From an uncultured Candidatus Rokubacteria bacterium (lineage in GTDB: Bacteria; Methylomirabilota; Methylomirabilia; Rokubacteriales; CSP1-6), in contig CAVWFS010000007.1 of assembly GCA_963754315.1 (NCBI GenBank), positions 1 through 64,000 on the forward strand: 64,000 bases of DNA. The letters run 5' to 3'. A model generated the notes under the pieces. The model ran no database searches. It was not told the origin of the DNA and was given only the letters and a program-made list of their open reading frames with translations. The translations under genes and the position numbers were made by a program. Positions 1 to 10,221 of the stretch are shown here, piece by piece (positions within the stretch are counted from its first letter, which is position 1; the number at the start of each line of letters is the position of its first letter).

Positions 1-602
1 GCTCTCCTATCTGCTCGGAGCGAGCGGGTTTCTTCAGCCCCTACGGTATTCGCTCGCTCTCCCGGTTTCACCAGACGCACCCGTACGTGTTCAGTGTAGG
101 GAGGCGACGAGTATCGCGTCGGCTATCTGCCCGCCGAGTCCGACACTGGGCATGTTCGGCGGCAACTCGAACTGGCGCGGGCCCATCTGGTTCCCGATAA
201 CGCTAGTGCTGATCCGCGCGCTGCTCCAGTTCTACGGGTTCTACGGCGACTACGCTGAAGGTCGAATGCCCGACAGGCTCGGGCCGGGTTCATGAACCTC
301 TTCGAGGTCGCCCGCGAGATCGCCGATCGTCTGACCCGGATCTTTCTCCGCGACGAACTGCGGGCGACGCCCGGTTTATGGCGGCAGTGCGAAATTCCAG
401 AACGACCCGCACTGGCGCGATCATCTTCTCTTCTACCGAGTACTTCCACGGCGACAACGGCGCCGGGCTGGGGGCCAGCCACCAGACCGGGTGGACCGGC
501 CTCGTCGCCACCGCCATCCAGCTCTTCGGGCGCCTCGATGGCCCGCAGCTCCTAGAGGCGGGCCGGGCGGCGGCGTGGGGCGATCCCGGGAGCGGCACGT
601 GA
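1..602 (+). CDS. 3' part of an MGH1-like/GH63 glucosidase, frameshifted, 5' end outside window
   Basis: Frames give [29 protein letters not shown] and [24 protein letters not shown], typical of the GH63/MGH1-like C-terminus. Several indels. Confidence 0.8.
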
Positions 603-1082
603 GTCGGAGCAACGCGAAGGCTTGTCTGAGAAGGAATCGGCTCGCCTCGTCAACCTCCTCCCACGTTTCGAAGCCCCCCCGGCCCTCGACGTGAGGAGCA
701 GTGGAACGGAGTTACCCACCTGGACCTGAAGCTGCGGCGACTACCTGCAAATTCGAAGTGGTGAGGAAACCCCTGGAGCCGTTTCAGCTCAGGCACACGT
801 GGTCAGCGTTATTGAACTTTCTTGCTGCAAAGCTGAACCCGAAAAGCGCCCTCCGACGACGACCCAGGCATAGCCGCGGTCCTTACGTCGGGCGCGTTTT
901 GACCTGAGAAAGGAATCGCCGGGGTAGCACACGCGCATGTGGTTGGCGATCATCGAGCACGGCCAGCAGCCCGACGGATCGGCCACGATCCTCGAGCCGA
1001 TCGTCCCCCACATGGGGGCAAGAGGGTGCTCACGCCGCCTTGACCCGCTTTCGCCGCACCAGCACTAGGGCGAACGAGGGAC

Positions 1083-1180
1083 GCGCGGCGCCGAGAACTC
1101 GGCGAAGCCCCCCTTGTCGCCTGGACACATGATTCCGAGAACATCCCAGAATGGTTGAAACGCGTGTGACGGACAGTGGG
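1083..1180 (+). repeat. dispersed ~100-bp repeat, copy A (inverted copy at ~29935-30030)
   Basis: 1128-1180 matches the reverse complement of 29935-29987 at 44/53 positions (manual alignment), with weaker similarity upstream. Confidence 0.75.
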
Positions 1181-1628
1181 CCAGTGGCCGAGGCACGCGA
1201 CCCAAAAGATGCCGAAAGAAGTGGGGGGGCGCGCGAACTGCTGACCGCACGAGCGAGCAGGGGGACGACTCCTTCGGAGCGCAGTGGGACGTTCGGGGAG
1301 GAAGGCACAGGCGAATTGATTTCGAGACGAGCTGCACCATTGGCGGTTCGGCGTTACCCGTTACGCACACTAAGGATTCTAGTGACTTACGTCGGAAAAC
1401 TCGCACTTTCGTAGGAAGCTGAAGGCGTCTGAGGCGCCAGACACGTGCCGAGCCGGCGGTGCGACTATCGCGATGAGAGAACATCTGGTGAGCGGGGAAC
1501 GTCAGGCGTGAGCGGGGCTGTGCGGGCCGTGCTGCCATCAGGAGCGCTGATTCGTGGGCATTTCGTGCCAAAAAGGGGGGGGACGGACGGCCGCGAGCCC
1601 GCTTGCTGTCGCGCGGGCTTGGCAGGGG

Positions 1629-1971
1629 TCAGCGGGCGGAGAACTTGTTGCGTAGGGAGTCGGCGACTGCTGGCGCTGGAGCAGGACGGGAAGCGCCGTC
1701 TTCTTCTTCGCGTTGACGAGTGACTTCTGCTGCATGAGGAACGCGTCGAGGTGATCCACGTACAACCGCGTGCGGGTGGTCACCTCCACCGGGCCATCTG
1801 CTGGGCGCTGAGCCCCGCCGGGCCGCCCAGATCATCGACAAGCGCGCGCCGCCACTCGAGCAGCGCCCGAGCGCCATGTGTTCGCCGATCGATCGCGGAG
1901 AGTCCAGCCACCTTCACCCGTGCCCGGAGGGCATGAAGACCGGTGCGGACGTAGGGCCGCCGCCCTGTCAT
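1629..1971 (-). pseudogene. frameshifted hypothetical protein of mobile-element type
   Basis: Consecutive frames MTGRRPYVRTGLHALRARVKVAGLSAIDRRT...LSAQQ / EVTTRTRLYVDHLDAFLMQQKSLVN...QRQQ / ADSL read as one helical protein split by indels. Confidence 0.5.
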
Positions 1972-2299
1972 GCCGTGCACCGGTTTCGGACGTGCCCCGG
2001 AGGAGGAATGACCGTAAAGCTTGCAAGCCCGCGATTCTCAACGCGAGAAGTTCGATGTGGCGCATGGACGGGGAGGGGAGTTAGAGGCGCCGTAACTGCC
2101 GATTCCGCGTTTCGGTCTTCCGTTGCGACGCAGGCGGGGGCCTATACGCCTGGGTCCACTCCCCCCTCCCGTCGGCTGGGCCCACCTGGACCCCCCCCTC
2201 GGTACATAAGGCGTGGAGCCCGATCGGTGACGGTCTCTCTGGTCTCGCGACATCGTTCCAATCGCCCATTTTCTCTTTCGAGGCGGCTACCGGTCGTCA

Positions 2300-2830
2300 T
2301 CCACGACGAACCCAGACCCACGACCACAACCGGATGGCCCCCCCTCACACCTACGCGACGACGCCCCCCCGCCCCACCACCGCCCACCATGCCCCTCCCC
2401 CAAACCCAATCCCCGTCCACCCCTACCCCCCCCCTCAACCCCTCCATCCCCTTCCTTCCAGACCCGGAAGCGCCTCACCCCGAACCCCAGCCCCAACCGC
2501 ACCCCCCATTACCCTCGCCCCGACCACCTACCCACCCCCACACTCACATCGAACGAAGCGCCGCCAGCACCTCATCCCCCTCCCCGCCCCTCGCACCCCC
2601 TCGCCCCCCGTCTCACCCTCCACGCTCCACCCTCCCCTCCCTCCCCTCCCCCTCACAATATATGCATCTTCGCCTGTCGAGAGGGAAACGGCACTAGCCG
2701 GCCCGCTCCAGCCCACCCCCCGCTCGCGGCCCCACCCCGGCCACACAATAACTCCACCCCTCGACCGAACGCATCATAGACCCCCCTGCTCGCCCGACAA
2801 GGCCCGGCACGCCCCCCCCCCACCCATTCG
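2300..2830. other. extremely C-rich low-complexity tract
   Basis: Long C runs and strong strand skew. No credible ORF. Confidence 0.7.
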
Positions 2831-2942
2831 AGGATGGGATCGGCGACGGGAACGTGACTCCCGATGGTATCCCCGGAACATCTACGCCGCCTTCACCAGT
2901 CCCGAGAACGGACGGATCAGCGGGTCAGCAAAATCGAGCGAG

Positions 2943-4630
2943 TCACCCCGGGGGCACCACCGTTACCGCACGGCCTCCATGGCCGATTAAACCGGCGATG
3001 AGCCCACCGTAGGAGGGCGTGCCGGCGTACTCGTAGAAACGCCCCTCCGGCCGCCGGTGGGGCGTCAGGATGATTCGTTCGGGGAATAGCGGCTTGAGGA
3101 CCAGGGTCCGCGCCTCGATGGCCTCGCGTTCGAGGAGGGCCCGCCAATCGGTCAGGCGGGCCCGGATCTCCCGGACCAAGGTCCGCTCTTGCCCCACGGC
3201 CGGGCGTGCCCCCCCCATCTGTTCGATCTGGGCCCGCAGATCCCCACACCGGCTCTCCCGCGTGCGCACTTGGTCCAGCAGCGAGGGCAGGGGCCCCGTG
3301 GTGGCGATTGCCTCGGCGTAGCGTCGCAACTCCGCCTCCACGCGTCGGAGTTCGGCCTCGAGGTCGGGACGCCGGCGCACGAGGTCGGCCTGGCGTGTGG
3401 CGCGAAGTTGGAGCGTGCGGGCAATCACGTCTTCGATCAGATCGGGCGCGAGCACCGTGCGCTGGAGGGCCCCGAGGATGCTCTCGTGCAACGCCTCGAC
3501 GGGGGCGGCCATCCAGTTGTGGCACAGCGTCTCCCCGCGTTCCCGGTGGGTCGCACACACATAGTAGCGACGGGGCCTGGCCCGCGTGCCGGTGCGATTG
3601 GTCCCGTGCATCACCCCCCCGCACACCGAGCACGACAGCAACCCCGAGAACAGATACCGGGCCGCGCCACGGTCAATCGTGCGGGCCATGCCGGCGAAGT
3701 AGCCGTGGGTGGCGCGGCGGTAGGCATCGCGGGAACCGTCCAGACGGGCATGGGCGGCGCGCCACATCGCTTCGGGCACGATGCGGAGTTCGGGCGCCTC
3801 ACGCACCAGCCACTCGTTCGCGGGCACGTCTACCTTGACCTTGGTTCCGCCCTTGTCCGCCCACCGTGTCTTGCCCCACACCACGCGCCCCCGGTAGAGA
3901 TCGCGGAGGAGCATTTCGCGGACCCCCGAGGTCGCCCAGCCACGGGGACCACGCGGGCAGGGGACCGCCTCCGCGTTGAGCCGCTTGGCGATGCGTGAGA
4001 ACCCGAGCCCGTCGGCGGCCATGGTGAAGATGCGGCGAATCACGTCGGCTTGTTCCGGGTGGATCTCGCGGACCACATGGTCACGGACGGGGCGGCCATC
4101 GGCCCCGGGGCGCGTGATCTCCCGGTTTCGGTAGCCATAGGTGATCCCGCCGGCAACGTGCCCACGACTGGCCTTGCGGTGCAAGGCGTCACGCGTCCGT
4201 TGGCGCGATTGCTCGCGGTGCATATCGTCCACGAACGCGAGCGCCGTCACCATGAACCGATCGGTCGCGGTCTCGCGCTTGATCTCGGTTTCGGTCAGAT
4301 AGCAGTCCACACGGCGACCCCGGCCTCGGTCAGGCGCCGTAGCACGAGGGGCACCTCGTCGAGGGATCGGCCGAGGCGCGATTGTTCCATCACGATGAGC
4401 ACCTGAAACGGCGGGTGCGGCTTTAACGCGTTCATCAGCCGCAAGAATCCGGGGCGCTTCAGGAATTCGGCGCCGGAGATCCCGTCGTCGGCGTAGATGT
4501 GCTCGGGGAGCACCTGCCAACCCTGCCGGGCGGCGAAGGCGTGGGCGCGTTCCGTTTGGCGGGTGACAGATTTCTCCTCGTCGGGGAGATTCTGGTCGGT
4601 GGATTTGCGGGCATAAATCGCCGCGATCAC
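2943..4630 (-). CDS. large serine recombinase (resolvase + recombinase + Zn-ribbon), frameshift near 4310
   Basis: N-terminal AIYARKST catalytic Ser motif and SRLGR in ORF 4295-4630. YGY, recombinase domain, LFSGLLSCSVCG and YYVC Zn-ribbon and coiled coil in ORF ending at 2943. RBS GAGGAGG before GTG 4630. Confidence 0.9.
2946..2959. repeat. 14-bp direct repeat, putative att site (left)
   Basis: CCCCGGGGGCACCA, identical to 12844-12857. Encodes VPPG of the LSR C-terminus on the minus strand. Confidence 0.65.
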
Positions 4631-4756
4631 GCTGTCCTCCTCGTGTGCTGATTCCGCATACGTCCTTTGCTAGCCGCGTCCGCGAGGTTGTCGGCCTGAG
4701 TTCCAAGAAACAGGTGACGGGGTTAACACACAGAGGCTCCTCGTTCGAATGCCGAT

Positions 4757-5287
4757 TCATGGCGCACGCCACACGACAACCCCGTCGCGGCGCTCCATCC
4801 GCATCTGAGGCTCGTCGGCCGACTTGAAGCCAAGGGTGATCTCCGCCCGTGGTGACCCGAGCCCCCGGCGCGGCCCTTGAAGCGAGAGGCCGCCAAAGTC
4901 CGCGGCAGACGGGTCCAGACCTGCCCCGGACACGTCGAGTTGGGCGGTAGTCTTTCCCTCGCTGTCTCGCAGGGTGAGAAAGGGCGCTCCATCACCCCGG
5001 ACGAGTAGTTCAGCTCGGTTTGTGCCCTTGGCGTCGGAGAGACGAACGACAGGCCCAACGCCCAACGTCCCAACCTCCATGCCTACGGTCATGCGCACAG
5101 CGCCCGCCTCATCGACAATGACCACACGACGGACGCGCACCTCCTCGACATTGCGCGTGGTCGCCGCTCCAAGCCACACCACCGCGCCCACGATGCAGAG
5201 CCCGACCAAGCCGGCACTTTGATACCACCGCCCGACTCTCTCCAACCTCTCGACTCTCGCTGTAAGGTCGTTCTGGTCTTCCACCAT
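4757..5287 (-). CDS. membrane-anchored hypothetical protein (coiled coil, TM helix, beta-rich repeats)
   Basis: LTARVERLER, hydrophobic helix, then repeated LxDxxGxxR units. RBS GGAGG. Confidence 0.65.
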   Translation of the reverse strand: MVEDQNDLTARVERLERVGRWYQSAGLVGLCIVGAVVWLGAATTRNVEEVRVRRVVIVDEAGAVRMTVGMEVGTLGVGPVVRLSDAKGTNRAELLVRGDGAPFLTLRDSEGKTTAQLDVSGAGLDPSAADFGGLSLQGPRRGLGSPRAEITLGFKSADEPQMRMERRDGVVVWRAP

Positions 5288-5305
5288 GAGGCGCCTCCCT
5301 CGGAG

Positions 5306-5623
5306 CTATGACCCTGTGCCCCGTATCGGATTGCGATTGCGAATCCGCTGCACACTCACTCGGTCACGGTTGACGCGAAAGTGTTGGCTCAGTTCCGGGG
5401 CCCAGCCGCAGCCGCACACCACCATCGGGTGGTCGTCGGGCCGGGCCAACCAGGCGCGAAATCCATGACGGCCTGTGGGTCGGCGGCGCGGGTGCCCCGG
5501 GAGAACGTTATGACAGACCACCAGGCCGACGGGCACCACCGCCGGGAGTGTCTTCAGATAGCGCAGGGGGGACCGTGCGCGTTCGCGCAGTCGGGCGTGA
5601 TATGCTTTCGTTTGGCTGTCCAT
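5306..5623 (-). CDS. hypothetical protein, Cys/His-containing
   Basis: 105-aa ORF with AAGGA RBS. CH..CGC..H residues. Confidence 0.55.
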   Translation of the reverse strand: MDSQTKAYHARLRERARSPLRYLKTLPAVVPVGLVVCHNVLPGHPRRRPTGRHGFRAWLARPDDHPMVVCGCGWAPELSQHFRVNRDRVSVQRIRNRNPIRGTGS

Positions 5624-5681
5624 GTTCGGTCCTTTCTTCTGGGCGCCCTCGGTTCCCGCCGGGGGCGTCGCCGGGTTCGGT

Positions 5682-5921
5682 TCACGTCTTCGTCGTCTTC
5701 GTCGTCCTCGTCATCGGCGGGTCAAAGAATTCGCCCGGGTGGACCATCAACGCCTGCGCCAGAGCCACGATCACGGCGAGGCCCGGTTCCCGTTGGCCCC
5801 CTTCGATCCTGAGCACGTGCCCTCGGGCGATTCCGGCGCGTTCGGCCAGCGACGCTTGGCTATGACCGGCCGCCACCCGGAGTTCCCGCACCCGGCGCCG
5901 AAACGAGACGAGAGGGTCCAC
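5682..5921 (-). CDS. XRE-family HTH transcriptional regulator
   Basis: VRELRVAAGHSQASLAERAGIARGHVLRIEGGQREPGL is a canonical HTH_3 pattern. Confidence 0.9.
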   Translation of the reverse strand: MDPLVSFRRRVRELRVAAGHSQASLAERAGIARGHVLRIEGGQREPGLAVIVALAQALMVHPGEFFDPPMTRTTKTTKT

Positions 5922-5927
5922 GGGCAG

Positions 5928-5956
5928 AGGGTGGCCAGACGGTTACGCATTGTCAA
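5928..5956 (-). promoter_or_regulatory. sigma70-like promoter, probably leaderless, for the XRE gene
   Basis: TTGACA-17 nt-CACCCT, then 6 nt to the GTG start. No SD. Confidence 0.45.
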
Positions 5957-6176
5957 GCGTTGGGGGACGGCGTCCACGAGGGTTGAAAAAGGGCGCGGGG
6001 GCCCGTTTTGGTTATCCCACCACCACGCGACATGGCGCCGAGTCTTCGCAGCGCTGCGAACACGACCAACAATGACGACACCACCCCCGATGCGGTTGGA
6101 ATCGACACCACGGGGCGGAATGAGGCGAAACCGCCGACCCGGACCCCGACGATTTGGTGGGGTTGGCGATCTCACC

Positions 6177-6202
6177 GAGGGTTCGCTGCGCAGCGAACCC
6201 TC
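6177..6202. repeat. 26-bp perfect palindrome
   Basis: GAGGGTTCGCTGCGCAGCGAACCCTC. Confidence 0.85.
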
Positions 6203-6652
6203 CCAATGGGGACGAATCCCGCGTCGCCATCGTTGATTCGCCCCCCCACGACGCCAGATTGGGGAGAACCCGCGACGCGATGAACGGAATTTCCGTGGGG
6301 ACGAACCCCGGGTCCCCCAATGGTTCATCGCGGACGATCTGGCGGGGCGTCACGAAAGACTCTCGCGGAATCCGCATTGTCGGCACCGGGGCGCGGCGTC
6401 GGGGGTCATGATCTGGCGCAGACAGCGCGGGCACGTCCACGACGCCGGCCGCACCCAGGCCCACGGCCGGGGCGGAGCGGGCGGTGGCCCCACGGCGCGC
6501 CGATGGTGGCCGTTGTTCATTCGCGGCGGGGCGGTGGCGGTTCGGCGGTTTTGGGGGTTCGTTTAGACGGCCCATGGCGTCGGGGCGCCGATCCAGTTCC
6601 ACCACCACGCGGCCGTCTTTGATCGTGCCCACAAACGTCCGCGCCACCGTCG

Positions 6653-7099
6653 TCATCGCGGCATCCCCGCGGGCCAGACGCAATGGAGGGGCGTCGTCTC
6701 CGGGACTTCGGAGAACAGATGCGCCGCCGCGTGCGCGAATCCACGGGGGATGTCGATCACGCTACCGGTCGGCGCCGCGTAGGGGATGCCGTCCCATTCG
6801 TGGGAGAACCCTTCGATCACCCGCACGCGCACCGTCGGTTCCGTCACGCGCTCCGGGCGTGGCGCGGGGTTGGCGGATGCGTCCGCTTCCCCCATCACGC
6901 GCCTGAAATCACTACGGGCCATGCCCATGTCGCGCAATTCGGCCACGCGGGCCGCGATGCGTTCATGGTGGCGGGCGGCCGCCGTCTCGTCCCGGAGCGC
7001 GGTGCGGAACAGGATGCGAAAGTTCTCGGCCGTCATCGCGTCGGCCATGGGCGCGCCGCGCCCGCCGCCAAACCAATCGAACAAGGGGGGGCTCGTCAT
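6653..7099 (-). CDS. hypothetical protein (element-borne)
   Basis: Protein-like ~148-aa ORF, coupled to neighbours by ATGA overlaps. Confidence 0.55.
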   Translation of the reverse strand: MTSPPLFDWFGGGRGAPMADAMTAENFRILFRTALRDETAAARHHERIAARVAELRDMGMARSDFRRVMGEADASANPAPRPERVTEPTVRVRVIEGFSHEWDGIPYAAPTGSVIDIPRGFAHAAAHLFSEVPETTPLHCVWPAGMPR

Positions 7100-7540
7100 C
7101 ACCACCGCCGCCGCTGGTCATCGCGGCGAATGTCGCGGGCCACCGCGAGTTGGCGCGTGAGCGCGTCGTCCAGCGAGAGGCCCGGACTCTTCCACCGGCC
7201 CGTCCACCCGGTCGGCGTCCGGCGATTTTCCCAGATCATCGCCCGGCCGTTGGCGTCCCGCGGCGGGCGCCCCCCGCCCGTTCCAACGCGGCGCGGGCAC
7301 GGAGCAGACTCCGTTGGCCCTCGCTATGGTTCACGGGTTTCCCGTTGTCTCGGTGCGTGATCGCGAATTCCATTCGTCCCCTCCGTCGTCGTCGTCCGTT
7401 CGTCGGCCAAATCCTAGGGCCCGTGGGCCGCGTTCGGGCGGCCGGCCATACCCGAACACCCCTCGGCTCATCATCGTGGCGCCGAGGCAGGCCCACGGCC
7501 CGCACAGCGCCTCTAGCGGGGCCGGCCCGATCGTGGTTCG

Positions 7541-7723
7541 CTAGCCGTCGTGGTCATCCGGCGACGGGGGCGGGGCGGCCGCGGTCTGGCCGGCATGCTG
7601 CGGGTTCGCAATCTTCTCGCCCGTGGTGCCCGGCATCGGGTCTTGTGGTTGCGTCGTCGCCGGGGCGTGGGCCGGGCCGGGCGTGGGTTGGGGGAGGTGG
7701 GGGTTCGCGTGCGATTTCGGCAT
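7541..7723 (-). CDS. small Pro-rich hypothetical protein
   Basis: GAGGAG RBS before MPKSHANP. Confidence 0.4.
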   Translation of the reverse strand: MPKSHANPHLPQPTPGPAHAPATTQPQDPMPGTTGEKIANPQHAGQTAAAPPPSPDDHDG

Positions 7724-7887
7724 GGTCAGTTCTCCTCGCATTGGTTCGGGTGAACATTGTGCATTGCACCATTGCGGCGTCGCCAGGGGGAGTGAACTTC
7801 CGTGAGGGATAACCCGCACGGGCGCGGGCCCCCCCTAGCGTTTGCGTCAGGCGCCGCCGCGTAACCTGATGATCCCCCGCGCATTGG

Positions 7888-8205
7888 TTATCGGCCATTT
7901 GACATGGGCGGGCCGTAGAGCCCGGTGGTCCATTGCAATTCCAACATGCGGGCCAGCCGCACGAAGAGCGCCCGGTGTTCGCGCTCCACCACGGCCACCG
8001 GGTTCAGGTGCCGGGCCCCGGTCGCGGGCGTCACGACGACGAGCCCCTCAACCGCCAACTGGTCCGCCAACCGGTCCGCCGCGTCGAGATGTTTCAAGCA
8101 TTCCAGCAGCAATGTTTGGCGGGACACGCTGTTCGTGCGACGGCGCTCGGATTTCCACACCGCCAACGCACGTTCGCTGAGATTAGGCGGGACTTGCCGG
8201 CGCAT
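7888..8205 (-). CDS. P27-family phage terminase small subunit-like protein
   Basis: PPNLSERALAVW...LAVEGLVVVTPATGARHLNPVAVVEREHRALFVRLARMLEL matches the P27 TerS pattern (P..L...A..W; EG.....G....NP....ER.......L.L). Confidence 0.7.
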   Translation of the reverse strand: MRRQVPPNLSERALAVWKSERRRTNSVSRQTLLLECLKHLDAADRLADQLAVEGLVVVTPATGARHLNPVAVVEREHRALFVRLARMLELQWTTGLYGPPMSNGR

Positions 8206-8473
8206 GCGTCATCTTCCCCAGCTTTTCACGGATTTGAGAATCGAAGTGGGAATTGGACGGACACGCGGTACAGGGACGGAAGTGGCAGCGATTGAAAGGC
8301 CATATCCACCCAAAACTTTTCCCGCGTGTGTGACGTTAGATGCCACATTCTCGGTGGCCAGCATCGTCGGGTCCGGCGCCGCGGCCGCGTCCGCTGCACG
8401 AGCCGCCGCAGACGATCGCCAGATTGCGACCGGGATTCCGCGAGCCCCCGTCGATCGGCCGCGTGCGCGCTTC

Positions 8474-9904
8474 TCACCGTTCGGCGGCGGCTCCCTTCCC
8501 CTCCAGACGTGAGAGCCGCGCAGTCAACTCATCGATCAGCCGCGCCTGCGACCGCAACGCGTCCAGTTCGCGCTGCTGCGCCTCGATCAGCCGCTGCTGC
8601 CGTTGCAGTTCGTTGAGCAACATCGCGGGCAGCACGTGGTAGCGCACGCCGGAAGGCTGGCCGTCCTTGTCGAGCACCACCAACTCGGGGTAAATCTCGA
8701 CCACCTCTTCGGCGATCAGGCCGTACTCCGGCGGCCCGTCGGGCGGGTGGCTGCGGTATCGGAAGCTGACGGGACGAAGCTGATGCAGCGCACGGCCCTG
8801 GTCGCCCAGGTCGTGAATGTCGGTCTTGACTCGCCGGGAGGAACTGGCGGTGCCAAGCTGACCGGCGCTGTCGATCAGGACCGTGAGCGCGTCGGCGACC
8901 CGGGGGGTCACGCCGTAGATGCCCTCGATGAAGGTGGCCGTCTGGGTGCCCTGGGTGCCGATGCGGATGATGGCGGTGTCGGCGGCGGCGCCCGCGTTGC
9001 CGATATGGATGTTGTTACTCCCCGTTTCACATTGCCCCCGGCTTGGAACCCCAGGGCGGTGTTGATGTTGCCCGTGGTGTTGCTGGAGAGGGCGCTGGCG
9101 CCCATGGCGGTGTTGTTGTTGCCCGTGGTGTTGCTGGCGAGGGCGCCGAACCCCGTGGCGGTGTTGCCGCCGCCCGTGGTGTTGTTTTGGAGGGCGACCG
9201 ACCCCCGTGGCGGTGTTGCTGTTGCCCGTGGTGTTGTTGCGGAGGGCGATGTTCCCCGTGGCGGTGTTGAACACGCCCGTGGTGTTGCTGAGGAGGGCGC
9301 CGCTCCCCACGGCGGCGTTGCTGTTGCCCGTGGTGTTGCTGGAGAGGGCGCCGCCGCCCAGGGCGGTGTTGCCGCCGCCCGTGGTGTTGCTGACGAGGGC
9401 GAACTCGCCCAGGGCGGTGTTGCCGTTCGGCAACTCCTCCACGTCGGTGAAGTAGCCGTACACGTCGATCACCAGATGCGTCATCGCGACCGACTGCACG
9501 GAAATCGCCCCGCCCACCCCCAGCAGCACGTCGCTCGCGTTCGCCACATCCTCGTTGGCCACGTAGTTGACGATCGAGGTGGGCGGGAACGGTCCCCCGG
9601 CGGGCCACACGACCAGGTGGCCGGCCCCGGCCGGTTGCGTGATCGTGAAGTTGAACGCGACGGCGGCGGCGGTGGCGGGGATGCCGCACTGACCATGAAT
9701 CGGGAAGTTCCTCGGGGCGCCCCCCACCAAGGCCGGGGGCCCGAAGGCCCCGGAAAACCCGAAGCCGGGACGGGTGTCGGCCAGGCGGCAGGGCTGGATG
9801 CCAATGAACTCCGGCCCGCTGAGGGGCTGCGCGGCGGCTGTGGCGGCCAGGCTGAGCGTCAGGGCGAGCAGGAAGAACGTTACGCTTGTGCGAATGACCG
9901 TCAT
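8474..9904 (-). CDS. secreted fibre-like protein: signal peptide, PCRxxDTR beta-domain, NTTG repeats, C-terminal peptidase S74 chaperone (compensating frameshifts at ~9030-9200)
   Basis: Signal MTVIRTSVTFFLLALTLSLAATAAA/QP. PCRLADTR...DVYGYF domain. 14-aa NTTGxxNTAxGxxAL repeats. SSSRRVKTDI and YGLIAEEV S74 motifs, then a coiled coil. Confidence 0.85.
   Translation of the reverse strand: MTVIRTSVTFFLLALTLSLAATAAAQPLSGPEFIGIQPCRLADTRPGFGFSGAFGPPALVGGAPRNFPIHGQCGIPATAAAVAFNFTITQPAGAGHLVVWPAGGPFPPTSIVNYVANEDVANASDVLLGVGGAISVQSVAMTHLVIDVYGYFTDVEELPNGNTALGEFALVSNTTGGGNTALGGGALSSNTTGNSNAAVGSGALLSNTTGVFNTATGNIALRNNTTGNSNTATGVGRPPKQHHGRRQHRHGVRRPRQQHHGQQQHRHGRQRPLQQHHGQHQHRPGVPSRGQCETGSNNIHIGNAGAAADTAIIRIGTQGTQTATFIEGIYGVTPRVADALTVLIDSAGQLGTASSSRRVKTDIHDLGDQGRALHQLRPVSFRYRSHPPDGPPEYGLIAEEVVEIYPELVVLDKDGQPSGVRYHVLPAMLLNELQRQQRLIEAQQRELDALRSQARLIDELTARLSRLEGKGAAAER
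9050..9430. repeat. 42-bp coding tandem repeats (~9 units)
   Basis: Recurrent GCCCGTGGTGTTG units at 42-bp spacing. Confidence 0.85.
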
Positions 9905-10221
9905 AGGGTCCTCCCCACGCTGCTGTCGTCTCGGCGAACGCACCTCCTCGCCGGTGGGAGGATGGTAGCGGAGGCGCTCCACGCCGCGCCACCGCGCATC
10001 TTCAAGGTGCGCGGGGCATTCATGGGCCGTCTCCTGTTCGTGGTGTCGTCGTCGTGGTCATTCGGGGGGGAACGCATTCGATTCGGCTTTCAGGGCCTGG
10101 AGGTGTTTCAAGATCTGGAGGTGTTTCAAGATGTCCACCAACACCGGCACGGCGGCCGATTCCAACGGCGCGTTGTACGTGAACGCCATCCGGATGGCAT
10201 AGCGGGCATCGGCATCCAATT

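Noticed and set aside
2880..2959. tRNA gene at either att repeat
   Set aside because: Only a CCA-like 3' end. No matching acceptor 5' strand or cloverleaf here or at 12780-12857.
1876..2990. Pro-rich ORFs
   Set aside because: Products of the low-complexity C tract.
4295..4330. Programmed frameshift or true inactivation of the LSR
   Set aside because: No slippery site seen. Similar indels hit lptF/G, the MFS and the SBP, so sequencing error is the simpler explanation. Unresolved without reads.
10097..10132. 18-bp tandem duplication CTGGAGGTGTTTCAAGAT as a regulatory or att site
   Set aside because: In-frame (ILKHLQ twice) slippage duplication within a probable coding tail. No other copies seen.
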